The notes under the pieces: generated by a model | The model's input: the letters and a program-made list of their open reading frames with translations, nothing else | Databases searched by the model: none | What the model was told of the DNA's origin: nothing | DNA from: a virus | Lineage: Duplodnaviria; Caudoviricetes | Reading direction: 5' to 3' (one strand) | IMG/VR virus record: IMGVR_UViG_3300024232_000016 | Coordinates: 1 to 52,259 of that record | Length of the DNA: 52,259 nt | Shown: in pieces, positions 25,839 to 34,774 of the stretch | Position numbering within the stretch: the stretch's first letter is position 1 | Layout: the number at the start of each line of letters is the position of its first letter | Program-made: the position numbers and the translations under genes

Positions 25839-26276
25839 CTACTCCAGGTTAAGGGTGGCTACGTCCCACTGACGTTGTTCCAGTTTGTAGATACGCTCAA
25901 ACATTAAATTCGTGATCACACGAATAAAGGCCAACGGAAGGTACACGTTGTCCGGGCTGTCTATAAACATGGGGGCAATTTCTTCAGGCCTGAACCCAGC
26001 CAACCCACAGCCCAGCTTGGTTACGTTGAATCTGATCTCCGGGTGGGCTTTGGCTAACTGAAGCAACAGCCTGACTTCCATGGCTATTTCATCCAGGTCC
26101 ACTGGTGGTTCTTGAACCCGTAGCTCCTTGGTGACGATGGCGTAGCTGCTGCCTTGCAACCCACGAGGCTGACCGTTGATAGCTCCGTGGCTTAGCTTGG
26201 CTTCTAGGGCTGCCCCTTTGCCGTGCCTACCTTGCCGGTTGCTGCCAAACACAAAGATCTGCCGGGTGTAGGTCAC
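25839..26276 (-). CDS. Macro-domain-like protein (A1S_2505-type phage family)
   Basis: IFVFGSNRQGRHGKGAA, GLQGSSYAI, FNVTKLGCGLAG...IAPMF. Confidence 0.75.
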   Translation of the reverse strand: MTYTRQIFVFGSNRQGRHGKGAALEAKLSHGAINGQPRGLQGSSYAIVTKELRVQEPPVDLDEIAMEVRLLLQLAKAHPEIRFNVTKLGCGLAGFRPEEIAPMFIDSPDNVYLPLAFIRVITNLMFERIYKLEQRQWDVATLNLE

Positions 26277-26800
26277 TTGCGTAGTCCTAGATACTTGACG
26301 TACTTGGGGTGGATTAGACCTAGGTTCAGGTCTTTGACGATTTGGTTGTACCAGCGTAGCTCCACTGCCTTTAGTTTAGCCACAATTTGCCGGGCTGTAT
26401 GGCGATTGGCTAACCAACGGCTGCGGTACCAAGTGCCAATCTGGTACCCACTGATTCCTCTACGACCCTTATGGGGGCATACAAGCTGCAAAGTGCGTTG
26501 TCTTACTCGGTCTAAGTCAAGCAGCTTGGACCCATTTTCAAACTCTACGTGCTCGTGGCATTCATGGCATAGGCAAATTAGTTGACAAGGGCTAACGCCT
26601 AGTAGAGTTTCTCTGGTGTAACTTAAGTGGTGTACGGTCCAAGCACTGTTACCACATAAGGTAGCACAGCATTCTTTAGAATCTCTACTAACTACGATAC
26701 CCCGTATTACTTTCCATAGCGTTGACTTTCTGTAGTCAGAGTAGCTAGTAAAGCCTAACTCACTGAGTAAGTTGTTTCTTTGTAGGTAGTAACTAGTCAT
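26273..26800 (-). CDS. HNH endonuclease
   Basis: YSDYRKS..WK.IR..V..RD..C...C...VHHLSY...LICLCHECH. Confidence 0.75.
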   Translation of the reverse strand: MTSYYLQRNNLLSELGFTSYSDYRKSTLWKVIRGIVVSRDSKECCATLCGNSAWTVHHLSYTRETLLGVSPCQLICLCHECHEHVEFENGSKLLDLDRVRQRTLQLVCPHKGRRGISGYQIGTWYRSRWLANRHTARQIVAKLKAVELRWYNQIVKDLNLGLIHPKYVKYLGLRK

Positions 26801-26885
26801 ACAGTTTTCTGTACTTAGCTTACTTACTTACTTATTAAGTAAATACAACTTCAAACACAACCAACCCCACCCGCCCACCAAACCC

Positions 26886-26894
26886 ACTATAACA
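26886..26894 (-). promoter_or_regulatory. Possible extended -10 promoter for the replication operon
   Basis: TG-T-TATAGT on the minus strand, in the divergent intergenic region. Confidence 0.35.
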
Positions 26895-27007
26895 TATAGG
26901 GCAAGGGGCTAGGTTTGTGCAAGCCTGTTTAGTTGGGCCAGCTACAATACGGGGGCACCAGCAACCACCCACTGCAACTTCCCCCAGAAAAACTAGGGAG
27001 CCAACCA

Positions 27008-28087
27008 ATGCCTGACCAACTACCGCCGACGTTGACGATCAAGGGCCGAAGGCCGGCGATCCACGAGAACCAGCCGCACGGCTGGTACGTGACGACTCAC
27101 CGGAACGCTTCTTGGGGCGGATACCTTTGGCATACGGATGCGGATTGGCATCCTATCGCCACCGATTACGGGCAAGGCGTAGGCTATTGGCCCACCTGCG
27201 ACGAAGCCCGCCAATTCTGCGTGGATCACGCAGACAAGAAGCCAGCCGAAACCTGGACCGCCGAAGAACAAGCCGCCATCACCGACTTGGCCAAGCGGCA
27301 GGAGCTAACGGAACATCAAGTGCTCCGCCAGGCACTGCGGTTATATCAGGCCCACGTCATTTGTCCCCTGTGCGGGCAAATGACAGTGCATGACCCAGTT
27401 GACCCGCCGCAAGGTGACGCCCGGCAGGCTGTTCTTTCGGACGAGGCGTGTCAACAAATCCACGACGTTCTGAATAGCCCTTCTAAATCCACCGTGGTTC
27501 CGAAGGACATCCCAGACGCCCGGCAGGCTGGTTCGTATCCCGACGGTGGAAAGCTCAACGAAGAACTGGCTGGGCTAATAGGGCTGCGAGCTAAGTGTGA
27601 CAATCTTCGCCACGCTCTTAGCGCGATGGACCCATTCGTTCGTGCGGAGTTGCTGGGTCGCCTGCTCGACGACCACGAGCAGTTGCGGCAGAGGCTGGCG
27701 GAGGCGGAGCGGTTAATTGAGATTCAGCGACCGGCGACTAAAACTGTAGGAAATCTGTTCTGTTGGTGCTTAGAGAATTTACAGCCCTGGCCACCGACTG
27801 AAGGAGAATGGGTTGACGACGTTAAGAGACGATTAAAGCAACTCACCTCCGCCCAAGCCGAAGTCGCCAAGCTGCGGGAGGAACGGGACGCGGCGATGGT
27901 CGCTGTGGGAGAATGGGCCGGTAAATGCGGCGATGCCGAGGGCAAGCTGAAGGCCAGCGAATTGGCCTGCGTCATGGAAGCGTGGAAGCATCGTGCCGAG
28001 CAAGCCGAAGCCGAACGCGACCTGCTGCGAGCGAAGCTGGAGCGGATACGCCACACACAACCATTTCTTCCAGGTCCATCCGAATGA
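27008..28087 (+). CDS. Mosaic hypothetical protein (RHH-like segment, coiled coils)
   Basis: AGGGAG SD before MPDQLPP; WTAEEQAAITDLAKRQELTEHQVLRQALRLY resembles a ribbon-helix-helix; internal 16-bp repeat. Confidence 0.55.
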   Translation: MPDQLPPTLTIKGRRPAIHENQPHGWYVTTHRNASWGGYLWHTDADWHPIATDYGQGVGYWPTCDEARQFCVDHADKKPAETWTAEEQAAITDLAKRQELTEHQVLRQALRLYQAHVICPLCGQMTVHDPVDPPQGDARQAVLSDEACQQIHDVLNSPSKSTVVPKDIPDARQAGSYPDGGKLNEELAGLIGLRAKCDNLRHALSAMDPFVRAELLGRLLDDHEQLRQRLAEAERLIEIQRPATKTVGNLFCWCLENLQPWPPTEGEWVDDVKRRLKQLTSAQAEVAKLREERDAAMVAVGEWAGKCGDAEGKLKASELACVMEAWKHRAEQAEAERDLLRAKLERIRHTQPFLPGPSE

Positions 28088-28344
28088 AAACTGCAATCAA
28101 ATGTGCAATCGCAGTTGTACTAGCCGTCGTGCGAATCATGGGTCACAAGTCAGAAGCATTTCAGGCTGTGGCACATCTATTCGTCGGCGGACTATTTGCA
28201 TCCGCTTGGCTTCAGTTCAGCGAGATTAACACGGAGAAAAGTTCAATCCGGCATCCACCATTAGCCAGGGAGAACTTGATTTTAGCTGTATTACTTTCTC
28301 TAATCGAATTGGGTTGTTTTCTGTGGCATAGGTTCAGTGGTTAA
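28084..28344 (+). CDS. Small membrane protein
   Basis: ATGA coupled; three hydrophobic stretches. Confidence 0.5.
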   Translation: MKTAIKCAIAVVLAVVRIMGHKSEAFQAVAHLFVGGLFASAWLQFSEINTEKSSIRHPPLARENLILAVLLSLIELGCFLWHRFSG

Positions 28345-28467
28345 TCATATGAAGATATTTATCTTAGGATTCGTCGTTGGTTTCATCTGTGGGTTCGCGT
28401 TTTTGTTCGTGGTTGCGTGGCTTCTTGGTTTAGCCGGTTGGAACGGTATTCAATAGGAGAACTGCAT

Positions 28468-28662
28468 ATGTTGATTGAAAACTTGGAATCAATTGTCAAA
28501 GCCTGGGAAGAAAAGGCGGATTCGCTCCAGCGGGATGCTGTAACGTTGTGCGGAGACTATTATGCTGAAAATGATGGAATGTCTAAGACTTATAGGCAAT
28601 GTGCAAATGATATACGCACTGCCATAGCCGTAGAACAGGGAAAACAAGAGCACAAGAATTGA
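28468..28662 (+). CDS. Small hypothetical protein
   Basis: AGGAG SD before MLIENLES. Confidence 0.5.
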   Translation: MLIENLESIVKAWEEKADSLQRDAVTLCGDYYAENDGMSKTYRQCANDIRTAIAVEQGKQEHKN

Positions 28663-28830
28663 GAAGCGAGGAGGGCGGGAAGTGAATGAAGTCCTTGTCG
28701 GTATGGCGATAGCCATTGGCTTTGTGATTCTCGGTTCAGCGGTCGGCGACACCTTCGGTTTTCCGATATTCGGTGCAGCAATCGGTAGCGTACTATTTGT
28801 TTTTTACCAAGCCTATAAACCTAGAACCCC

Positions 28831-29043
28831 ATGACCGACGAACCACACGCAGCAGCCGAGCGACCTGAGCACGAGCGACCAATGGCAGACCTGAATGCGG
28901 CCTATGCCTTTGTTGAAAGAATGGTCCCGCGACAGGATGCAGGCGGAGCAGTTCCGCTGTGGCACGGATGGGCCTTACGTGCGGCGTATCTGGCGGGACT
29001 AGATGCGGGGAGAGCCGAACGCTTGAAGGAGGGCAATCCATGA
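28831..29043 (+). CDS. Small hypothetical protein
   Basis: PLWHGWALRAAYLAG; ATGA coupled to the next gene. Confidence 0.5.
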   Translation: MTDEPHAAAERPEHERPMADLNAAYAFVERMVPRQDAGGAVPLWHGWALRAAYLAGLDAGRAERLKEGNP

Positions 29044-29468
29044 GCGATGTGAAAGCAGCAGCCGAGCGGCAGCGGAAGCACTTGGCCATCGTGGCAGCGG
29101 GAGGCGACTTGACTCGCAGCCCGTATTGGCGAGAGGTCGATGAAGGAATTTGTTCTCTGTTCGACCAGGACGAGCGGCTGCTGGCCGACGCCTGGCTGGC
29201 TGAGTATGCCGCCGACGATGATGAGCCGGTGACGGAGGAGTGGTTGGGGCTGGGCTGGCGAAGGGAAGTGGATGAATGGGGGTGCTTGCACTACTACTCA
29301 CCTCCGTTCTGCGTCAACCACGTAGGTGGTCAGTCCTACTGGGTACTGTGCCACATACCCGAGTCAGGCGAACTACAATTTTCACTTGGTGGGGATTTCC
29401 CGCTACCGGACATGAAAACCCGTGGTCAAGTCCGCCGGCTGTTGGCTGGGCTTGGCATTACCCCGTAA
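29040..29468 (+). CDS. Hypothetical phage protein
   Basis: GGAGG SD before MSDVKAAAER; DDDEPVTEEWL and KTRGQVRRLLAGLGI motifs. Confidence 0.6.
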   Translation: MSDVKAAAERQRKHLAIVAAGGDLTRSPYWREVDEGICSLFDQDERLLADAWLAEYAADDDEPVTEEWLGLGWRREVDEWGCLHYYSPPFCVNHVGGQSYWVLCHIPESGELQFSLGGDFPLPDMKTRGQVRRLLAGLGITP

Positions 29469-29498
29469 TTTTGCAGCAATTTACGGGGGCTTGTTTTT
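29461..29498 (+). terminator. Probable terminator, overlapping a possible promoter (TTGTTT-N17-TAATAT, 29491-29519)
   Basis: CCCCGTAA/TTACGGGG stem followed by TTGTTTTT. Confidence 0.5.
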
Positions 29499-29567
29499 AG
29501 CTGGCCTATTTACTAATATGGGCCAATGCTGCTTAGCCCAGTGCGGGCTACAGGAACCTTTTAGCCA

Positions 29568-29774
29568 ATGGAAAGGATATGGCCAATGAGAGTGATCCGT
29601 TGTTCTGACCTAGGTAATGGCACTTACCACCTGAACAGCTTTTGCGGGTTTGTCATGGATGACTTGGACCGCGAACCCGAAGAGCGGCCTGAGCCGGCTA
29701 TTAAGGAAGAGCCGTTGGAGTATGTGCCCCCAATGCCCAAGACCACGAGGCTGGTGCTAGGGGGTAAGCAATGA
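29568..29774 (+). CDS. Small hypothetical protein
   Basis: 68-aa ORF, ATGA-coupled to the next gene. Confidence 0.4.
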   Translation: MERIWPMRVIRCSDLGNGTYHLNSFCGFVMDDLDREPEERPEPAIKEEPLEYVPPMPKTTRLVLGGKQ

Positions 29775-29998
29775 TTATGACTTGGTCCACTGAGGACGAA
29801 ACCACGTTCAACAGCGTGGTCTATCGGATGGAGTTGTGGACTATGCCCATGAGCGTATGCAAGTGGGACCACAACCGACGTGTCGGCCTAATCGTAATTG
29901 CCGTGCCCGAAAAAGGGCGGGCTAGGTGGCTGCGTCGCCACTTGCAAAGCCTTTATGGACTGGGGTTCATAGCCGGAAAGGAAGTGCCCTGTTCATGA
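29771..29998 (+). CDS. Small hypothetical protein
   Basis: 75-aa ORF, coupled start. Confidence 0.4.
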   Translation: MIMTWSTEDETTFNSVVYRMELWTMPMSVCKWDHNRRVGLIVIAVPEKGRARWLRRHLQSLYGLGFIAGKEVPCS

Positions 29999-30082
29999 CC
30001 ACGTTTCTGTTCGGTCACTTTTACCGTGTTGTGTTTTTACCGTTTGCAACCTGCGACCTAACCCAGTACCCGGAGAATAACC

Positions 30083-31543
30083 ATGCCCAAAGTTGGCCAA
30101 CCAACCAAGTCATCCAGCCCACCAACCAAGACCGCAGCTTTGCCCAATGGCAAGCAGAAGCAGACCAAGGCACCTTTGAAGCCGTCTGCAAAAGCTACGG
30201 ACTCCCCGCCCATCTTGTATCCAACGGTCCAGCTACAGGTAGCCACAATAGACCAAGCAGCGGCTAAGCAGTTGCTGTACTGGCAGACCGAGGAAGACGC
30301 CAGCAAGGAAGCCGGCAAGAAGGTTACGTTTGGCACCGAGTACCTGTTGACCGACCTGTACGGCAACAAGGTACGGTGCCTAGCCAACCTGAAGAACCGG
30401 CCCTACTATAGCCAAGTCACCAACGACTGGATGCTGGAAATTCTGCGGGGTAAGTGGCAGCTGAACGGCGAAACCATCATCGTGGATGAGTACGGGGGTG
30501 TCCAGAGCGGTCAGCACCGGCTGGTCGGGTTGGTGCTGGCGAACCAAGCGTGGGAGCTGGATGCCAAGCTGGAGCCGGCTACCGAGCGTCGCTGGGCCAA
30601 GTACTGGCCTACCCCGCCTAGCATCCAGACCGCCTTGGCCCTTGGCATTAAGGGCACCGACGACGTGGTGAACACCATTGACACAGGGCGTAGGCGGGGT
30701 GAAGTGGACGTTATCTACCGTTGCGAACACCTAGCCGGCAGGCCCGACAGCGAACGGCTGGTGCTTAGCAAGATTACGGCAGGGGCGGTCAAGCTCATGT
30801 GGGACCGTACCGACCGCAAGCAGTTTAGCGAAGCCCCGCGTAGGCCTCACAGTGAGCTGTTTGAATTCCTTGGCAAGCATAGCAAGCTGTGGGACGCTGC
30901 CATTTACATTTACGAGTCGGCTGAGGGTAACAAGCTGGCCCAGCTAATTACGCTGGGGTATGCCACTGGGCTGCTGTACCTAATGGGCAGTGCAGCCACC
31001 GACCCCGACAGCTACGCCACCGTGGGCAGTGAGGAAGCCCTGGACTGGAAGCTGTGGCAAAAGGCCCAAGACTTTTGGGCTGACCTAGCCGACAACGGGG
31101 CAGCCACTGAACCACTGCGGGAAGCCTTGCTGGCCATACCCGTGGACATCGGCGGGGGCTTTGGCCGGGACTTGCGTTGCGGTACAATTATCAAGGCTTG
31201 GAACGCCTACAGCGACGGCAAGAAGCTGGTCAAGGACAAGGTAGCCATTGAACTGGTTGAAAATGAGCACGGGCAACGGGTCATCGGTGAGTACCCGCGT
31301 ATCGGTGGCATTGACACTGAGTACGACAAGCCCAAGGAAGACAAACCAGCCCCAGCACCCACCAAGCCCGAGGAGCCGGTTACCGCTTCCCTCCAGAAAA
31401 CCAAGCCGGGTAAACCGGCTAAGACCCTAGTGGATGGTGGTACGGCTGAATGTATCCGGGGTGGCAAGCACGAGTGGATCAAGGATGAAGGGGGTGAGTT
31501 TTGCAGCAAGTGCCTGGACCCCCGTACAGCAAAGGCCAAGTAG
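30083..31543 (+). CDS. ParB/Srx-like (DGQHR-type) domain protein with C-terminal Zn-binding motif
   Basis: KNRP...GKWQLNGETII...SGQHRL...TIDTGRRR; C-terminal CIRGGKHEW...FCSKC. Confidence 0.7.
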   Translation: MPKVGQPTKSSSPPTKTAALPNGKQKQTKAPLKPSAKATDSPPILYPTVQLQVATIDQAAAKQLLYWQTEEDASKEAGKKVTFGTEYLLTDLYGNKVRCLANLKNRPYYSQVTNDWMLEILRGKWQLNGETIIVDEYGGVQSGQHRLVGLVLANQAWELDAKLEPATERRWAKYWPTPPSIQTALALGIKGTDDVVNTIDTGRRRGEVDVIYRCEHLAGRPDSERLVLSKITAGAVKLMWDRTDRKQFSEAPRRPHSELFEFLGKHSKLWDAAIYIYESAEGNKLAQLITLGYATGLLYLMGSAATDPDSYATVGSEEALDWKLWQKAQDFWADLADNGAATEPLREALLAIPVDIGGGFGRDLRCGTIIKAWNAYSDGKKLVKDKVAIELVENEHGQRVIGEYPRIGGIDTEYDKPKEDKPAPAPTKPEEPVTASLQKTKPGKPAKTLVDGGTAECIRGGKHEWIKDEGGEFCSKCLDPRTAKAK

Positions 31544-31545
31544 CC

Positions 31546-31888
31546 ATGCCCTTAGTACTAACTAAGCCGGGGGCTGTCCGTAAGTGGGCAGTCCCTTGTA
31601 ACTAGGTTCTGTAAGCTGGTTGAAGTCCACAAGGGGCACCGCTATTACTACGTGAATAGCTGTGCCTTTTACCGGGCAGGGGTGATCCACTTAATGCCTG
31701 ACAAGTGTGCCGCTCCTGGGTACCCTGGTCAGTGCTGGTCTTGGCCTGGATATGTTATTGACCGCACACCTTACGGAGTGTGGGCACATGAACTAGGGCA
31801 CCACGTTGACCTTACGCTGGGTACCAAGCTGGGTATGAAGGTAGGGCAGTACTCGTCAACCTTTTTACTAATAGGTTGGGCTTGCTAA
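31546..31888 (+). pseudogene. Disrupted HExxH metallopeptidase-like gene
   Basis: The frame from ATG 31546 stops after 19 codons. The +1 frame continues (RFCKL...WSWPGYVIDRTPYGVWAHELGHHVD) and ends abruptly inside the next promoter. A G5 run at 31569-31573 is a possible frameshift site. Confidence 0.45.
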
Positions 31889-31891
31889 CAT
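31864..31891 (+). promoter_or_regulatory. Putative early promoter
   Basis: TTTACT-N16-TAACAT; shares CTTRCTAAYAT with 12071-12081. Confidence 0.5.
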
Positions 31892-31937
31892 AAAGGGCAT
31901 GGCAAGCGGGTGTCTTGCCCTAAACCGGAGAAATGCA

Positions 31938-33944
31938 ATGAAAAAGGCTGATGTGAAAATTGGTGGCGTTTACGCGGCTCTTGTCAGCGGCAACATGGTG
32001 CGGGTCCGCATTGACAGCGAAAGCCAATACGGGGGCTGGGAAGCCACCAACCTTGCCACCAACCGGGCTGTCCGCATTAAGACCGCTGCCCGGCTAACCC
32101 GTGCGGTACCCACTACGGGGGGTGTGCCCGTTAAGGCCCCTAGCAGCCCCGTGGCGGCTGCACCAGCCCCAACGGCTGCCAGTACCTACCAGCCCGCCCA
32201 AGTGCCGGCAAGCGAAGCCCAGCCAGCCAGCCAAGCCATTGCAGCACGGGCTGCCGCTGGCGTAAGTGCCACGGTGGCTATGGCCAGCCAAGCCCCCAAA
32301 GTGCAGCTAAGCCGGCTGCTAGGGGGCACCAAGCCCAGCACCGACACCAGCCCTCACCTGATCATCATTGCTCGGGCTGGCACTGGTAAAACCACTTCGC
32401 TGGTTGGTGGCGTGAACCGGCTGCTTGGTAACACGGTGGACCTGATTCCCAGCCCCCAGCAAGCAGCGGTGTGGGCAGCTATGGAACTGAGTAAGGGTAA
32501 GGTTGAAACCATTTGCTTCTGTGCGTTCAACAAGGCTATTGCCACCGAGCTGCAGAGCCGGCTGCCGATGGGCTGCAATGCCATGACGCTGCACAGCTTG
32601 GGGCTGAAGGCTGTAACCAAGGCATTCGGCCAAGTCAGGGTCAACAGCCACCGGGTGCAAGACATCATCAGCGAAATCCTGGAAAAGGACATCCGGGAAA
32701 TCCGCAAGCACGACGCCATTCTGCTGAAGGCTACCGAAGAGCTGGTTGGCCTGTGTAAGCAGAATCTGTGCAGTGGTAGTGAAGACGAGCTGGACCAACT
32801 GGCTGGCCACTACGACGTTGAGCTGAACGGCAGCCGGGAGCGGGTGTTTGCCTTGGTGCCCAAGGTGCTGGAGCGGTGCAAGGACGTGAACCGGGACCGC
32901 TGCATTGACTTCAACGACATGATCTGGTTGCCGGTTGCTTGCGACCTGCCTTGCACCAAGTACGACTTGCTACTGGTTGATGAAGCCCAAGACCTGAACA
33001 AGTGCCAGCAACAGCTTGCCCTACGTAGTGGTAGCCGGCTGGTGCTGTGCGGTGACGACCGCCAAGCCATCTACGGGTTTGCGGGAGCTGACTGCGATAG
33101 CCTGCCCCGCATGGGTGAGCTGTTGGGTGCCACGAGCCGGGGTTGTGTTACCCTGCCCCTGACGGTTACTCGCCGCTGTGCCAAGGCTATTGTCCGTGAG
33201 GCCAATACGCTGGTGGCTGAGTTTGAAGCCTTTGAAAGCAACGGCGAAGGCCAAGTGCGTAAGGCCAGCTTCATGGCTACGAACGTGCAAGTGGTGCAAG
33301 CCATTGAAGCCAGCTACGAGCAAGGCATTACGCCAGCCAAGCAAGGGATTCTTGCCGAAGGCAAGCAAGCCACAGCCCAAGCCAACCTGGATTACCGCAG
33401 CCAAGTGCAAGACGGTGATTTTTTGCTGTGCCGCTGCAATGCCCCGCTGGTAAGCGAGTGCTTCAAATTCATCAAGGTTGGGCGTAAGGCCAACATCCAA
33501 GGACGGGATATTGGGCAGGGGCTTATCCGCACCATCCAAAAGCTGAAGGCTGGCACCATTGTGGACTTGGTCAGCAAGCTGGACGACTGGTACACGGCTG
33601 AAACCCGCAAGGAAAATGCCAAGCGTAACCCCAGTGATGCCCGACTGATTGCCTTGCAAGACCGTAAGGACTGCCTGATGGCCTTTGTGGACGGCAGCAC
33701 CACGGTTGAGCAGGTGACTAGCAAGATTGAGCAGGTGTTCAGCGACAACACCACGGGCGGCATTCGGCTCAGCAGCATCCACAAGGCCAAGGGGCTGGAA
33801 GCCAACCGGGTGTTCCTACTGGAACCCAAGGGGGCTACGGTGCCCCACCCAATGGCTAAAAGCGGCTGGCAGAAGCAGCAAGAGCTAAACTTACGTTATG
33901 TGGCCATCACTCGGGCTATCAAAGAATTGGTTTACGTTAGCTAA
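31938..33944 (+). CDS. SF1 UvrD/Rep-like helicase with extra N-terminal domain and Ala/Pro linker
   Basis: [51 protein letters not shown]. Confidence 0.92.
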   Translation: MKKADVKIGGVYAALVSGNMVRVRIDSESQYGGWEATNLATNRAVRIKTAARLTRAVPTTGGVPVKAPSSPVAAAPAPTAASTYQPAQVPASEAQPASQAIAARAAAGVSATVAMASQAPKVQLSRLLGGTKPSTDTSPHLIIIARAGTGKTTSLVGGVNRLLGNTVDLIPSPQQAAVWAAMELSKGKVETICFCAFNKAIATELQSRLPMGCNAMTLHSLGLKAVTKAFGQVRVNSHRVQDIISEILEKDIREIRKHDAILLKATEELVGLCKQNLCSGSEDELDQLAGHYDVELNGSRERVFALVPKVLERCKDVNRDRCIDFNDMIWLPVACDLPCTKYDLLLVDEAQDLNKCQQQLALRSGSRLVLCGDDRQAIYGFAGADCDSLPRMGELLGATSRGCVTLPLTVTRRCAKAIVREANTLVAEFEAFESNGEGQVRKASFMATNVQVVQAIEASYEQGITPAKQGILAEGKQATAQANLDYRSQVQDGDFLLCRCNAPLVSECFKFIKVGRKANIQGRDIGQGLIRTIQKLKAGTIVDLVSKLDDWYTAETRKENAKRNPSDARLIALQDRKDCLMAFVDGSTTVEQVTSKIEQVFSDNTTGGIRLSSIHKAKGLEANRVFLLEPKGATVPHPMAKSGWQKQQELNLRYVAITRAIKELVYVS

Positions 33945-33958
33945 CCGGAGGACAAGCA

Positions 33959-34255
33959 ATGCACGTGGAACAACTAAAGCAGTTCCGCCTGACTGTAACT
34001 GGGGCGGAACTGTTCCTCATCTGTAGGGCTTTGGCGGGCCTGGACCTGTCTGACCAAATCACCAAGCAGCGGATAGCGGCTGGTGAGCATGACTACCGTG
34101 AACACCTGAAACTCAAAACCAACGTAGATAAGGCAGCAGCCAACCATGACGATGAAACACAATACCCGGGAGCAGTGGCTAATGGCGGGGCTGGAGTTGC
34201 TAAAGCCCCTATTTACGTCCGCCGACGCCAAAGTGCCCAAGAAGATCAGGGTTAG
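33959..34255 (+). CDS. Small hypothetical protein
   Basis: CTAACCGGAGG SD. The C-terminal third overlaps the next gene and may be read-through. Confidence 0.4.
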   Translation: MHVEQLKQFRLTVTGAELFLICRALAGLDLSDQITKQRIAAGEHDYREHLKLKTNVDKAAANHDDETQYPGAVANGGAGVAKAPIYVRRRQSAQEDQG

Positions 34256-34736
34256 CTGTGGCTTCCCTAGCCGCAGTGCCCTCAGCGTCAAGCGAACCCG
34301 TATTGGCGAGTGCTGGAGCGACAAGGCCAGCGGGGGCAACTACTTTGAAATTTTTGTTAGCCCCTTGTTGAACGACCCGGTACGGGTGCTGGACGTACTA
34401 ACCCATGAAGTGGTCCATGCCGTGGTGGGGCTGGAGTGTGGCCACAAGAAACCGTTTCGCAAGGTAGCCCTAGCCGTGGGGCTAACTGGCAAGATGACGG
34501 CTACCGTGGCTGGGCCACAGCTTACAGAGCGTATAAACGGCATAGTCAAGCAGCTTGGCACCTACCCGCACGACCAGCTGAACAAGATGACCACGGGTAA
34601 GCCTAAGAAGGATAAGTGCCGGCTGCTTAAGGCGGCTTGCCCCGGCTGTGGCTACACCATCCGGGTGACCCGTAAGTGGATTGATGAAGCTGGTCTGCCT
34701 GCCTGTCCATGTGGTGAGCAGCTAGTAGAAGAGTAG
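34146..34736 (+). CDS. SprT-like zinc metalloprotease with C-terminal zinc ribbon
   Basis: RIGECW, VLTHEVVHA, GHKKPF; CPGCGY...PACPCG. Confidence 0.8.
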   Translation: MTMKHNTREQWLMAGLELLKPLFTSADAKVPKKIRVSCGFPSRSALSVKRTRIGECWSDKASGGNYFEIFVSPLLNDPVRVLDVLTHEVVHAVVGLECGHKKPFRKVALAVGLTGKMTATVAGPQLTERINGIVKQLGTYPHDQLNKMTTGKPKKDKCRLLKAACPGCGYTIRVTRKWIDEAGLPACPCGEQLVEE

Positions 34737-34774
34737 TTGTGTTCGTTTCTGTTTTCTAACCGGAGGATTGTGTC

